This document shows positions 10,460-21,007 of a DNA stretch of 64,000 nt, in pieces. The DNA is taken from the sequence record SRR31156797_1009; one strand, given 5' to 3'. A program made the position numbers and the translations under genes. Positions within the stretch are counted from its first letter, which is position 1, and the number at the start of each line of letters is the position of its first letter. The notes under the pieces were generated by a model. It ran no database searches. It was given only the letters and a program-made list of their open reading frames with translations, and was not told the DNA's origin.

Positions 10460-11380
10460 ATGAATAACACGACATATTCTCTTGCCGACGTTGTCGCACA
10501 GTTGGTCGAATCCGGCAGTAGCGGCCCTGCTTCACACAGATATACAGAAGAAGCTCCCATGCCATCTGTTGAAATCCTCTCCCAAATTGTCGAGGATCTC
10601 AGATCTGTTCTATTCCCCGGGTATTACGGGCCGTCCGAAATCACACCGGACACCATGCCCTATTATATAGGCTCCACACTCGATCAGTTGGTGCGGACAT
10701 TGGCAGATCAAATCAATCGAGGTTATTGTTTTGTTTGCGATTCGATCGAAAAGGACAAATGCAGTGATTGCGAAGCTCGGGCAAAACGTATTGCTCAGGA
10801 ATTCATAACAAAACTGCCAAAAATCAGAGAACTGCTTTTGGCCGATGTCGAAGCAGCCTACGATGGCGACCCTGCCGCAAAAACACACGGCGAAACCATT
10901 TTCTGCTACCCTTCTATCAGGGCTTTGACCAACCATCGTATCGCCCATGAACTATACCTTTTAGGTGTGGATATTATCCCGCGAATAATCGGAGAAATGG
11001 CCCATTCAAACACGGGTATAGATATCCATCCAGGAGCAACCATCGGGAAGAGTTTTTTTATCGACCACGGAACAGGCACAGTTATAGGAGAAACAACCAT
11101 TATTGGTGATAACGTCCGCATTTATCAGGGTGTCACTCTTGGTGCCAAAAGCTTCCCTAAAGGCGACGATGAACGTTTGATCAAGGGATTACCAAGACAC
11201 CCAATTGTTGAAGACGATGTCATCGTCTATGCGGGGTCAACTATTCTTGGCCGTGTTACCATCGGCAAAGGCGCTGTTATTGGTGGTAATGTCTGGATTA
11301 CACGCGATGTTCCGGCTGGCGCACAAATTGTCCAATCCAGGGCGACACAACAAGCCTTTGAAAATGGTGGCGGCATCTAA
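10460..11380 (+). CDS. cysE: Serine O-acetyltransferase (long/EpsC-type)
   Basis: GDPAA, TGIDIHPGATIG, FIDHGTGTVIGET, YQGVTLG. Confidence 0.93.
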   Translation: MNNTTYSLADVVAQLVESGSSGPASHRYTEEAPMPSVEILSQIVEDLRSVLFPGYYGPSEITPDTMPYYIGSTLDQLVRTLADQINRGYCFVCDSIEKDKCSDCEARAKRIAQEFITKLPKIRELLLADVEAAYDGDPAAKTHGETIFCYPSIRALTNHRIAHELYLLGVDIIPRIIGEMAHSNTGIDIHPGATIGKSFFIDHGTGTVIGETTIIGDNVRIYQGVTLGAKSFPKGDDERLIKGLPRHPIVEDDVIVYAGSTILGRVTIGKGAVIGGNVWITRDVPAGAQIVQSRATQQAFENGGGI

Positions 11381-11400
11381 TCAATCCAAAATCTCGACGC

Positions 11401-11439
11401 AAAAAAGGGAAGAATGGTGAACCATCCTTCCCTTTTTTT
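11401..11439. terminator. Bidirectional terminator
   Basis: AAAAAAGGGAAGAATGGT-GA-ACCATCCTTCCCTTTTTTTT between convergent genes. Confidence 0.8.
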
Positions 11440-11451
11440 ATAGCTATCCGA

Positions 11452-12075
11452 TTATTTTTCCAAATCGTTCACCATGGCTGCCAAACTCTCACCCGAAGGC
11501 GTTTTTGCATTTGGATCAATAGCCAATATACCCTTCCACACTTTGACGGCAGATGGCTGGTCGTTAAGATCATACATGTATACTATTCCCATATTAAACC
11601 GGGATGTAATATGTTGAGGATCCAAAGATGCAGCATGACCAAATGCTTCTACAGCTTTTTCATATTGTTTCGTACGCCTGTACATGACACCCAAATCAGA
11701 CCAGACATTGACCTGCATGGGAGCTAATTCCAAGGCCCTTTCATATGCAGTAACGGCTTGTGCAGACAAGTCATGGTCAAAACAAAAATTACCCAATTCA
11801 ATCCATTTATCAGCATTGGTTGGGTCATCCGCCGCTGCTTTTTCCAAATTCGCCAAAGCAACCGGATTGGCCTGATGAGGCTCGTCACTCTGCTGTTGTT
11901 GTGGAACAGCCCCCCCTGTCCGCGCCTGCTGCTGCCCCATATACACTGAGGTAACCGTGTTACCAATGAAAGCCCCTACAAGCAAAGCGACTACAGCCAA
12001 AAATATAGCCGAAGACTTTTTCATGTAATGTGCTTTCAACTCTTCCAATTCACGATTCTTTTTGTGAACACCCAT
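11452..12075 (-). CDS. Membrane-anchored TPR protein
   Basis: N-terminal TM, TPR repeats (WIELGN, WSDLGVMY, RFNMG); start MGVHKK behind GGAG. Confidence 0.85.
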   Translation of the reverse strand: MGVHKKNRELEELKAHYMKKSSAIFLAVVALLVGAFIGNTVTSVYMGQQQARTGGAVPQQQQSDEPHQANPVALANLEKAAADDPTNADKWIELGNFCFDHDLSAQAVTAYERALELAPMQVNVWSDLGVMYRRTKQYEKAVEAFGHAASLDPQHITSRFNMGIVYMYDLNDQPSAVKVWKGILAIDPNAKTPSGESLAAMVNDLEK

Positions 12076-12285
12076 ATATTCTCCAAATTCTAAAAGTATA
12101 ATTCCAGACTGGATTGGTCTATTTAACACAAAACATGTTTCCGCGGCCATGTAAACATTGTGCAATTGGCCGCAAAAAAGGCGCAACACTTGACTTACGG
12201 TCCGGCTTATACCAATCTACGCCGACTCATTTAAACACAGACTTTCATCTATAGAAATATACGGTTCCTGGAGGAAACGAAACCC

Positions 12286-15102
12286 ATGAGCGACTATAAA
12301 AAAACCCTGCTCCTGCCTAAGACCAAATTTCCCATGAAGGCCAACCTCAAGCAACGCGAGCCTGAAATGCTCAAGTTCTGGGAACAGAACAAATCATACG
12401 ACGCTATGGTTGCCGCTGGTGACGCAGACAATGAGTACGTGCTGCATGACGGCCCGCCTTACGCCAACGGCCACATTCATATGGGTACTGCTCTGAACAA
12501 AGTCCTCAAGGACATCGTCGTGAAATCCCGGAATATGCAAGGGCAAAAAGCTCAGTACGTTCCCGGTTGGGATTGTCATGGTCTGCCCATCGAGCACAAG
12601 GTTGAACAGGAACTCAAGAAAAAGAAAAAGGAACTCGACACCCTGACCATCCGCAAAATCTGTCGATCCTATGCCGCCAAATGGCTGGACACCCAACGCA
12701 AAGAATTCAAGCGTCTGGGCGTACTCGGCGTTTGGGACGATCCGTACATGACCATGAAGCCAGAATACGAAGCTGCCACAGCCCGTGAACTGGGTCGATT
12801 CATGGAGCGTGACGGTGTCGTGCGGGGCAAGAAGCCCATCTATTGGTGCTGCGATTGCCGCACAGCTCTGGCAGAAGCCGAGGTGGAATATGAGGACCAT
12901 ACATCCCCTTCCATCTATGTCCGCTTTCCCATGGCTGATGAAAATTTCAAAAAAATAGCTGATGTCGACATTAACAAATTGTTCATCCTTATCTGGACCA
13001 CGACGCCATGGACCATTCCCGACAACATGGGCGTGGCCGTGCACCCCGACTTCGATTACGTCTTGGTTGAAGCTGGAGGCGACTACTATGTTCTGGCCGA
13101 AGGATTGCTTGAAGAATGCACTGAAAAGTTTGGTTGGGAAGCTCCCAAAATCCTGAAAACCGTTCGCGGCGCTGAATTGGAAGGACTTCAAGCCAAGCAT
13201 CCCATATACGATCGCCCCTCTCCGGTTGTTCTTGCTGACTACGTCACGCTGGAAACCGGTACAGGTTGTGTTCATACTGCCCCCGGACATGGCCGTGAAG
13301 ACTTTGAAACCGGCCTCAAAAATGGGCTGGAAGTCTACTCCCCCATGAATGATCGAGGTGAATTCCTTCAGGAAGTCGAACACTTTGCAGGTCTGAATGT
13401 CTGGGACGCCAACCCCAAGGTCATCGAGAAACTGACCGAGGTCGGCAATCTCATGGCTTCCGAGAACATCACTCACTCCTACCCCCATTGCTGGCGCTGC
13501 AAGGAGCCGGTCATCTTCCGCGCAACCACCCAGTGGTTTGTCGGCATGGATGAAAACAACCTGCGCACAAAGGCGCTGGACGCCATCCGTAACGATGTTC
13601 AATGGGTCCCATCCTGGGGTGAAGAACGTATTTACAATATGGTTGAAAACAGACCTGACTGGTGTATCTCCCGTCAGCGCAACTGGGGTGTACCCATCTC
13701 CGCATTGATCTGCGAAGACTGCGACGAAACATGGTTCGATGCCAAGTGGGTTTACGACATCTGTGATAAATACGCACAGCATGAAACTGGTTGTGATTAC
13801 TGGTTCGAAGCTCCGCTGGAAGAAATCGTTCCTGAAGGCCTGACCTGCCCCAAATGCGGCGGAAATCACTGGAAACGTGAGACTGACATTCTGGATGTAT
13901 GGTTTGACTCCGGCACCAGCTTTGCTGCCGTGGTTGAACAACGCAATGAAACACGCTTCCCTGCTGACCTGTACCTTGAAGGTTCAGACCAACACCGTGG
14001 CTGGTTCCACAGCTCTTTGCTCGCCTCTGTCGGCACACGCGAAGTACCACCTTACAAGACCGTCCTCACTCACGGTTACGTAGTCGATGCCGAGGGCCGC
14101 AAAATGTCCAAATCCATTGGCAACGTCATCGCCCCGCAGGAAATCATCGACAAATTCGGCGCAGAAATCCTGCGCATGTGGGTTTCAGCTTCCAACTATC
14201 AGGAAGATATCCGCATCTCGGATGAAACCCTGAACAGACTCGTGGACGCGTACCGTCGTATCCGCAACACCTGCCGTTATCTGCTGTCCAACCTGAACGA
14301 CTTTGATCCCGCCAACAAGGTTGATGCAGCTGACATGATGCCGCTTGACCGTTACGCGCTGGACATGGTGTCCCGTCATCACGAGACAATTCAGGAAGCA
14401 TACAGAAACTTCGAATTCCATAAAGTTTACCACACCCTGCATAACCTGTGCGTGGTCGACTTGTCCGCTTTCTATCTGGATATCATCAAAGACCGTCTGT
14501 ACGTTGAAGAAGAAAATGGTTTGAAACGCCGCTCTGCTCAAACCGTACTGTGGCAAACCCTGCTTATGCTTTTACAGGACATGGCTCCGGTCCTCTCCTT
14601 CACAGCAGAAGAGGCCTTCCAAAACTTGCCGGAAGCCATCAAAAAGGCACTGCCGCAAGACAAAACGGTTTTCGCTCTCCGCTTCACTCCTGATGCCACC
14701 GGCATGGATGATTCGGAACGTGCCCGTTGGGAAAAACTGGCTCAGGTTCGCGCTGAAGTGAACAAGGCCATCGAACCCAAACGTAAAGACCGCGTCATCG
14801 GCAAATCTCTTGATGCACAGGTCACACTGTATGCAACCGAAGAAATCCGTACGCTTGTGGATTCCGAGGACATCGACCCGCGTGAATTCTTCATCGTTTC
14901 AAAATTGGTATTGGATGATACAGACAAGGCACCCGCTGATGCCTACCAAGGTGAAGACATGGAAGACCTCAAGGTCTCCGTCGAAGCTGCAACCGGCGAA
15001 AAATGCGAACGGTGCTGGCGTATCAGCGAAGACTTGGGAACAGACGAAGCATACCCGGACGCATGTCCTCGTTGTACCGCTGTCCTGAAAACTCTCGCCT
15101 AA
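12286..15102 (+). CDS. ileS: Isoleucine--tRNA ligase
   Basis: [14 protein letters not shown] (HIGH), KMSKS, WCISRQR, C-terminal KCERCW zinc finger. Confidence 0.98.
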   Translation: MSDYKKTLLLPKTKFPMKANLKQREPEMLKFWEQNKSYDAMVAAGDADNEYVLHDGPPYANGHIHMGTALNKVLKDIVVKSRNMQGQKAQYVPGWDCHGLPIEHKVEQELKKKKKELDTLTIRKICRSYAAKWLDTQRKEFKRLGVLGVWDDPYMTMKPEYEAATARELGRFMERDGVVRGKKPIYWCCDCRTALAEAEVEYEDHTSPSIYVRFPMADENFKKIADVDINKLFILIWTTTPWTIPDNMGVAVHPDFDYVLVEAGGDYYVLAEGLLEECTEKFGWEAPKILKTVRGAELEGLQAKHPIYDRPSPVVLADYVTLETGTGCVHTAPGHGREDFETGLKNGLEVYSPMNDRGEFLQEVEHFAGLNVWDANPKVIEKLTEVGNLMASENITHSYPHCWRCKEPVIFRATTQWFVGMDENNLRTKALDAIRNDVQWVPSWGEERIYNMVENRPDWCISRQRNWGVPISALICEDCDETWFDAKWVYDICDKYAQHETGCDYWFEAPLEEIVPEGLTCPKCGGNHWKRETDILDVWFDSGTSFAAVVEQRNETRFPADLYLEGSDQHRGWFHSSLLASVGTREVPPYKTVLTHGYVVDAEGRKMSKSIGNVIAPQEIIDKFGAEILRMWVSASNYQEDIRISDETLNRLVDAYRRIRNTCRYLLSNLNDFDPANKVDAADMMPLDRYALDMVSRHHETIQEAYRNFEFHKVYHTLHNLCVVDLSAFYLDIIKDRLYVEEENGLKRRSAQTVLWQTLLMLLQDMAPVLSFTAEEAFQNLPEAIKKALPQDKTVFALRFTPDATGMDDSERARWEKLAQVRAEVNKAIEPKRKDRVIGKSLDAQVTLYATEEIRTLVDSEDIDPREFFIVSKLVLDDTDKAPADAYQGEDMEDLKVSVEAATGEKCERCWRISEDLGTDEAYPDACPRCTAVLKTLA

Positions 15103-15109
15103 GGCCAGA

Positions 15110-15595
15110 ATGAACCGGTATACTCTGGCAACCATATGGGCTGCGGCCACAGTCGCACTTGATCAGATCACCAAGTTATGGGTGCTCAACGCCATTGAAC
15201 CGTGGACCGGTTTCAAGGTAATTCCGGGCTTTTTCAACTTGGTACACGTCCTGAACAAGGGCGCGGCTTGGGGCTTTTTGGATGACGAAAATATTGACTG
15301 GCAACGACCGATGTTCATCGCAATATCGGTCGTTGCCGTTTTTGCCATCGGCTACATGCTCAAGTCGACCAAAGAAAAAGACACATGGATGATTGCCGGT
15401 TTGGGAATGATCGCCGGCGGAGCCATAGGCAACGCCATTGATCGCATATGGCTTGGTTCGGTGATTGATTTTCTGGACGTTTACGTGGGCACATATCACT
15501 GGCCCGCCTTCAACATTGCAGACAGTGCCCTCACGGTCGGTGCAGGCTGCATCATTTTGTCAATGCTTCTTCAGCGCAATTCGGAACAGGATTAA
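15110..15595 (+). CDS. lspA: Signal peptidase II
   Basis: LDQITK, NKGAAWG, GNAIDR, VIDFLD, WPAFNIAD; follows ileS. Confidence 0.95.
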   Translation: MNRYTLATIWAAATVALDQITKLWVLNAIEPWTGFKVIPGFFNLVHVLNKGAAWGFLDDENIDWQRPMFIAISVVAVFAIGYMLKSTKEKDTWMIAGLGMIAGGAIGNAIDRIWLGSVIDFLDVYVGTYHWPAFNIADSALTVGAGCIILSMLLQRNSEQD

Positions 15596-15622
15596 TCCCC
15601 TGCCGTCAAAGGAGAAATAATA

Positions 15623-15850
15623 ATGTTCGCGGACTTTTCATCCCTGACAACGACTCAATGGGCCGTTGTTTCCATTTCCGTTCTCATCTGCTTTTCCTTC
15701 AGTGTCTGGACCATACTTGATGTGTGGAAAAGAAACTTCGGGTCCTCCAACGAAAAGGCCCTCTGGATGCAGATATGCATTTTTATTCCCATTTTAGGCG
15801 CTCTGGCGTATCTTTTCCTCGGTAGAAAAAGAGGGAGCTTAATGAAATGA
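15623..15850 (+). CDS. PLDc N-terminal domain small membrane protein
   Basis: Two TMs with KALW...FIPILGALAYLFLGR pattern. Confidence 0.75.
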   Translation: MFADFSSLTTTQWAVVSISVLICFSFSVWTILDVWKRNFGSSNEKALWMQICIFIPILGALAYLFLGRKRGSLMK

Positions 15851-16773
15851 TAAAAATTGCAAAGAATTTCACTGTACTGCTGTTGGTCATATCCCTATTC
15901 TCACTCATCGGTTGTGCCAGCAAAACCGACATGGAAACGTTACAGGGAGAGCGGCAACAGGATTTGAACAGAATGAAGCAATTGGAATCTGAACTGGAAG
16001 AATCCAAGCAGCTTCTAAAAAACGAAATTGAAAAATCAAGTTCTCCCATCAGGGAGCGTTCTGCCGATATGTGGGCTGAAATTCAATCCCTGCGGGCAGA
16101 TTTCGCCAAACTTCGTGGAGAAATGGATGAAGTCAATATCCGTATGGACCGACAAGTCGGTGCAGCAGACTCCGCAACGACCATGGACGGCCTGGCCGAA
16201 CGGCTGGCTGAAATCGAATTTGCACTGGAAAACCAATTGCAGGTTGATTTACCTAAAGTTCGTGAGGAACGCGCAGCTACTCTGGCTCCAATAGCAACGA
16301 CTCAAGACGGTGCCACACCAGAAACAACGGAAGCCGTCACGTCAACGCCCAAGACAGGAACCACTCCTCCTGCCCAAATCACTCCACCTGCTGACACCGA
16401 TCCGGCAAAAGCTCTCTACGATAAGGCGTATGCCCTGTATAAAGAGAATAAATTCGAAAAAGCACGCTCATACTGGGCAGAATTCACGGATACCTTCAAA
16501 AAACATCCCTACACTCCCAGTGCTGTATTCTGGCAAGGCCAATGCTATTTCAAGCTTAAAGATTATGCTCGAGCAGTCATCCTTTTCGAAGATGTTATCG
16601 AAAAATACAAAAAGAGTTCCAAGTACAAGTCAGCTCTTCTCAAATCTGGTTATTCCTGGAATTATTTGAGTAAACCGGAGCTCGCAAAAATGCGCTTTGA
16701 AGAAATTATCAAGAAATTCCCCAAATCAGTTGAAGCCACACAGGCCAAACGCTCTTTGAGTAAAATGAAATAA
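15847..16773 (+). CDS. TPR lipoprotein, CpoB/YbgF-like
   Basis: Lipobox LIGC, coiled coil, C-terminal TPR (ALYDKAY, AVFWQGQCY, FPKSVEA). Confidence 0.8.
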   Translation: MIKIAKNFTVLLLVISLFSLIGCASKTDMETLQGERQQDLNRMKQLESELEESKQLLKNEIEKSSSPIRERSADMWAEIQSLRADFAKLRGEMDEVNIRMDRQVGAADSATTMDGLAERLAEIEFALENQLQVDLPKVREERAATLAPIATTQDGATPETTEAVTSTPKTGTTPPAQITPPADTDPAKALYDKAYALYKENKFEKARSYWAEFTDTFKKHPYTPSAVFWQGQCYFKLKDYARAVILFEDVIEKYKKSSKYKSALLKSGYSWNYLSKPELAKMRFEEIIKKFPKSVEATQAKRSLSKMK

Positions 16774-16822
16774 TTGCCGTCATCCTTCGGGGTGTGCGAA
16801 AGTCATCATTCAGGATAAATCA

Positions 16823-17266
16823 ATGAAAGAAATGATCAAAGGCTTCCGAAAAATCGTTTACCTGTCTTTTCCGCCGACTGTTTCCGGTCGTCCGGTAGTC
16901 TGCAACCTTCTGCGCAATTTCGATTTGAGTTTCAATATTCTCAAAGCGGACATCAGCCCTCGACACGAAGGCACAATGACGTTGGAATTATCTGGAATGG
17001 AAGAAGATTTCCATAAAGGTATTGGCTATCTCAAAGAAAACGGCGTTCGCATCACACCTGTTGCCCACAAGATTTTTCGCAACGAGGAATCCTGCATTCA
17101 TTGCGGTGTCTGTACAGCCATGTGCCCGACCGATGCCTTAATCTTGGAAAAAAGCGATAAGACCATCATCTTTGACGTTGAAAAATGTTCGGCTTGTGGC
17201 ATGTGTACAAGGGTCTGCCCGGTCAAGGCCATGACTCTCGATCTGGACGAAAACACCAGACAATAA
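16823..17266 (+). CDS. NIL-domain 2x[4Fe-4S] ferredoxin protein
   Basis: N-terminal NIL-like region (FNILKADI); CIHCGVCTAMCP and CSACGMCTRVCP. Confidence 0.88.
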   Translation: MKEMIKGFRKIVYLSFPPTVSGRPVVCNLLRNFDLSFNILKADISPRHEGTMTLELSGMEEDFHKGIGYLKENGVRITPVAHKIFRNEESCIHCGVCTAMCPTDALILEKSDKTIIFDVEKCSACGMCTRVCPVKAMTLDLDENTRQ

Positions 17267-17281
17267 CTATCCGGGGGCTTC

Positions 17282-17800
17282 ATGAGCGAAGAAAAACGAT
17301 CCTTTTCACGCATACCAGTTAGACTGAAGGGCCATGCACGTCCCATGCAGTCCATCGACTCTCCACAACTGTTCTCAGGCGATTCGGGGCATCAGTCTGC
17401 CTCCCGCGAGGCTTTGTTCAGAAACAGCAAACTCCCGGATGAATTAACGGCATTTCTAACCGAAATGGACCGAAAACTTGATCAGGTCATCGGCATACTC
17501 AGCAAAGACAGTGTCCGCTCAGACTTTTCCATTGATATTGAAATAATGGAGATATCAGGCGCAGGCGTTAAATTTCGTTCAAATCAACAATTCAAACCCG
17601 ATGATCCCTTGGAAATAATTCTGGTTCTCAGCCAAATGCCTGTCCAGATGGCTGGCTCCAAAGGCCGTATACTAAACAAGGAATCTGACACGGGACTCTA
17701 CAGGTTTGAATTTGTTGACATGCGTGGTTCAGACATGGAAACCATCGTTCAATTCGTCTTCAAACAACAGCGCGAACAAATCAGAAACTCAAAAATGTAG
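17282..17800 (+). CDS. PilZ-domain protein
   Basis: EKRSFSRIP, EISGAGVKF, IVQFVFKQQRE. Confidence 0.8.
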   Translation: MSEEKRSFSRIPVRLKGHARPMQSIDSPQLFSGDSGHQSASREALFRNSKLPDELTAFLTEMDRKLDQVIGILSKDSVRSDFSIDIEIMEISGAGVKFRSNQQFKPDDPLEIILVLSQMPVQMAGSKGRILNKESDTGLYRFEFVDMRGSDMETIVQFVFKQQREQIRNSKM

Positions 17801-17820
17801 CCCCTCTCAGGAGTTGATAT

Positions 17821-18558
17821 ATGACCAGCAATGACGCTCTGGTAAAAAAAATGATGGAACAGGTAACCGACCAACTTGTCGATAGCCTTAAAGATACCAT
17901 CAGAGCTTCTGTTGAGCGAGAAATCGCCACCAGCCTTTCCAAGGCTCTTCTTGAAGGGGAATTCTACCGAAGAGTCAATGACGACCTTCAAGAAGGCCTC
18001 AAACAAATTTATCAAGAAGTTAAAGTTGCCCGCGGTGGCAAGGAAATCAAAAGTATCGAAACCGATATTAATCCTGAAGAATTTTTTTCCGAAGCATCTG
18101 ACCAACTTGACGCTGTCATGCAGTCTACAGAAAAAGCCGCTGTAGAAATAATCGATATCGTTGAAAAACTCCAAGAGCTTCAAGGCTCCGTAGCCACCAT
18201 TGTAAAGGGCTTTGAATCCGGCGGCGTAACTAAATCAAATCGCAAAAAACTTGAAGAAATCAACCAAACTCTTGGCATGGACCTGTCAAACATCATGGTC
18301 TCTCTCAGTTTTCAGGATTTGACCGGCCAGCGTATCAAAAAAATCATCAATTCCATCAGACAGATTGAAAAAATCGTCCGCGAAGTCATGCTTTCCACAG
18401 GACTGATGATCCAACAGCGCGAAAAAGAACCGGAACAAGATATCGACTCTTTATCCGAATCTGCAAAGACCCAAGCAACTTCAAAATTACAGGGACCAAC
18501 CGAAGGCACCAACCAAGGAGATGTAGACGATCTGCTCGCTTCCCTCGGCCTCGATTAA
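17821..18558 (+). CDS. cheZ: CheZ-family phosphatase
   Basis: TEKAAVEI, FQDLTGQRIKK, QGDVDDLLASLG. Confidence 0.88.
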   Translation: MTSNDALVKKMMEQVTDQLVDSLKDTIRASVEREIATSLSKALLEGEFYRRVNDDLQEGLKQIYQEVKVARGGKEIKSIETDINPEEFFSEASDQLDAVMQSTEKAAVEIIDIVEKLQELQGSVATIVKGFESGGVTKSNRKKLEEINQTLGMDLSNIMVSLSFQDLTGQRIKKIINSIRQIEKIVREVMLSTGLMIQQREKEPEQDIDSLSESAKTQATSKLQGPTEGTNQGDVDDLLASLGLD

Positions 18559-18577
18559 TCCATTTCCATAAGTCTAA

Positions 18578-18613
18578 AAGAAGCCCGCTCTCCAAAAGGA
18601 AAGCGGGCTTCTT
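18578..18613. terminator. Bidirectional terminator
   Basis: AAGAAGCCCGCT...AGCGGGCTTCTT between convergent cheZ and mgtE. Confidence 0.75.
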
Positions 18614-18635
18614 ATTTCGTATGTGTCTTCTATGT

Positions 18636-19967
18636 CTACAACAACATAAAACCAGCCAGAGCCAAAAAGCTCCAAAAACCAGCGGCATCAGTGATCGTGG
18701 TCAAGAATATACTGGATGCCTGAGCTGGATCACGTCCAATTTCCTTCAAAATCAACGGAATGGCCGCACCGGAAAAAGCTCCTATCAACATATCAAAAAT
18801 CAAAGCTATTCCCATACAGGCCCCGAGTTTAAAATCTCCTGTAAAGGCTACGATAATACCCAAAACAAGGGCGGCAATCAGCGCGCCATTGATAACACCA
18901 ATTCTAAGTTCACGGAGAACAGCAAACCACGCTTTTTTACGATCGAACTTCTCCATCGCCAATTGTCGAATCATAACCGCCAAGGCCTGCTGTCCGGTAT
19001 TACCAGCCTGATTGGAAACAATATGCATAAGTGCAGCCAGAATGGCCATAGCACCAATAGTGTCGTCAAAAAGATGAATCACATATGCAGCTATAGCCGA
19101 ATTGACAACGTTGATTATAAGCCAGGGAAGCCGTTTCTTTACAGAAAAACCAACTGGAGAATCCGTGGTTTCATCCGCACCGGCACCAACCATGGTCTGC
19201 ATATCTTCACTGGCTTCTTCATGAATAATATCAATGACATCATCAACGGTGACAACGCCGAGAAGCCGATTGCCAAAATCGACGACAGGCAAAGCCAATA
19301 AATTATAGTGGGCAATGAGGTGCGCGACCTCTTCTTTGTCAATATTATATCCAACGGTGATCAAATTCTGAGTCTTGACCAATTCCTTGAGAATGACTCC
19401 CCGCTTGGCAAGCAGTAAATCACGCAAAGAAACAACACCTTCAAGACGATCTTTCTTATCCGTTAAATATGCGTAGTATGGAATTTCCTTGTCTTCGACT
19501 TCTTCTCGAATCTTGGCAATAGCCTCATCAGCAGTCAAATCCTGATCAAGAATAACCACCTCGGTGTTCATTACACCACCGGCCGTATCCGGATCAAAAG
19601 TCAAAAGAGTATTAAGCTCGGCTCGGTCTTCTGCCGCAACCATATTCAACAAAGCTCGACGCTGATCCTCTTCCAACCCTTCCAAAAGGTCAGTAGCATC
19701 ATCAGGAGCCATCTGTTCAACGATACGAGCTGCCAACCCTTTGTTAAGATTGACAATGAGTGCCTGTTGATCAAGGTCATCCATTTCTGCAATGGAGTCA
19801 GCAGCATCCTTGACAGGAAGTTGCTTGATAAATTTCACCTGATCGGAAATGTCGAGACCTTCAATGGTATCGGCAGCATCCGCAGGATGCTGGGCTTCAA
19901 TTTCAGCAGCGGTTAAGCCTTCGAAATTTTCATCCAGCAAAGTCTCATTTTTCTTGTCTACACTCAT
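18636..19967 (-). CDS. mgtE: Magnesium transporter MgtE
   Basis: DTAGGVMN, CBS pair, KRLPWL, GNTGQQ, DPAQAS..LTTITD. Confidence 0.93.
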   Translation of the reverse strand: MSVDKKNETLLDENFEGLTAAEIEAQHPADAADTIEGLDISDQVKFIKQLPVKDAADSIAEMDDLDQQALIVNLNKGLAARIVEQMAPDDATDLLEGLEEDQRRALLNMVAAEDRAELNTLLTFDPDTAGGVMNTEVVILDQDLTADEAIAKIREEVEDKEIPYYAYLTDKKDRLEGVVSLRDLLLAKRGVILKELVKTQNLITVGYNIDKEEVAHLIAHYNLLALPVVDFGNRLLGVVTVDDVIDIIHEEASEDMQTMVGAGADETTDSPVGFSVKKRLPWLIINVVNSAIAAYVIHLFDDTIGAMAILAALMHIVSNQAGNTGQQALAVMIRQLAMEKFDRKKAWFAVLRELRIGVINGALIAALVLGIIVAFTGDFKLGACMGIALIFDMLIGAFSGAAIPLILKEIGRDPAQASSIFLTTITDAAGFWSFLALAGFMLL

Positions 19968-20033
19968 GGGGACTTGACCTAGCCCAATTCACCCTCAAGG
20001 TCAAAGAAATACGCTATTTCCCACTTTATATAA

Positions 20034-20051
20034 TTGTGAAATATTTCATCA
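20034..20051. promoter_or_regulatory. Candidate Rex-type operator upstream of nadCAB
   Basis: TTGTGAA-ATAT-TTCATCA, two mismatches to TTGTGAA-N4-TTCACAA, just upstream of a TTGACG -35-like hexamer. Confidence 0.4.
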
Positions 20052-20123
20052 ACAGTCGTTCCCCTTGACGAAACAACATCCGTGCCTTAATTGCGTTCAT
20101 CTACCCTATTTACATTGGATAAA

Positions 20124-20996
20124 ATGATGCCCACCAACACTTTTGAAGATTTCTTTCAAGCCGAAGCCAAAATGTTCCTGCTGGCGACCATCCGTATTGC
20201 CCTCGCTGAGGATGCCTCGGATTTGACCAGTATGGGCTTGTTCACTGACAACGACACGGCACAAGCCATGATTGTGGCAAAACAAGAAACCGTTGTTGCC
20301 GGTCTGCCCTTGATACCGTTGATCCTCGAATTCGGTGGAGAAGAATGCCAAATCCACCTCAATGTGGATGAAGGCGACACCGTTTCTGAAGGGACCATGG
20401 TGGCAGCAATTCAGGGGCCGGCGCTCCAACTGCTCAAAGCAGAAAGAGTCATCATGAATTTCCTCTGTCATCTCTCCGGCATTGCCAACCTGACTGCGAA
20501 CTACGTCGAAGCTCTCAAGGGAACCAAGACCCAGCTTCTCGACACACGAAAGACGCTACCGGGTCTTCGATTTCCTGAAAAATACGCTGTACTCGCCGGA
20601 GGTGGAAAAAACCACCGCCTTACATTGTCTGACATGCTCATGCTCAAAGACAATCACATTGATCGAGCCGGATCTATTTCACAGGCAGTGACTCAGCTCC
20701 ACACGGTACATTCACCCTGCCCTCCAATCGAGGTCGAATGCCGTACTCTTGAAGAAGTTGAAGAAGCAAGTCAGTGCGACATCAAACGCATCATGCTCGA
20801 CAACATGGATGCAGAAACAGCGAAAACAGCTTTGGGTATCATCCCGAAAAATATTGAGACAGAAATCAGTGGCAATATCTCTTTGGATAACATCCGAAAG
20901 GTTGCCGAACTCGGCCCGGACTTCATCTCGGTGGGCAAATTGACGCACTCAGCGCCATCATCTGATTTCAGTATGAAATTTATACCTTTACCATAA
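20124..20996 (+). CDS. nadC: Nicotinate-nucleotide pyrophosphorylase (carboxylating)
   Basis: LDTRKTLPGLR, NHRLTLSDMLMLKDNH, IEVEC, IMLDN; start approximate. Confidence 0.95.
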   Translation: MMPTNTFEDFFQAEAKMFLLATIRIALAEDASDLTSMGLFTDNDTAQAMIVAKQETVVAGLPLIPLILEFGGEECQIHLNVDEGDTVSEGTMVAAIQGPALQLLKAERVIMNFLCHLSGIANLTANYVEALKGTKTQLLDTRKTLPGLRFPEKYAVLAGGGKNHRLTLSDMLMLKDNHIDRAGSISQAVTQLHTVHSPCPPIEVECRTLEEVEEASQCDIKRIMLDNMDAETAKTALGIIPKNIETEISGNISLDNIRKVAELGPDFISVGKLTHSAPSSDFSMKFIPLP

Positions 20997-21007
20997 AGAG
21001 GAACATT

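Noticed and set aside
12394-13941. 515-aa minus-strand ORF, plus many similar long shadow ORFs over cysK, cusA/B and glyS
   Set aside because: Antisense to well-supported genes with no recognisable motifs; codon-bias shadows.
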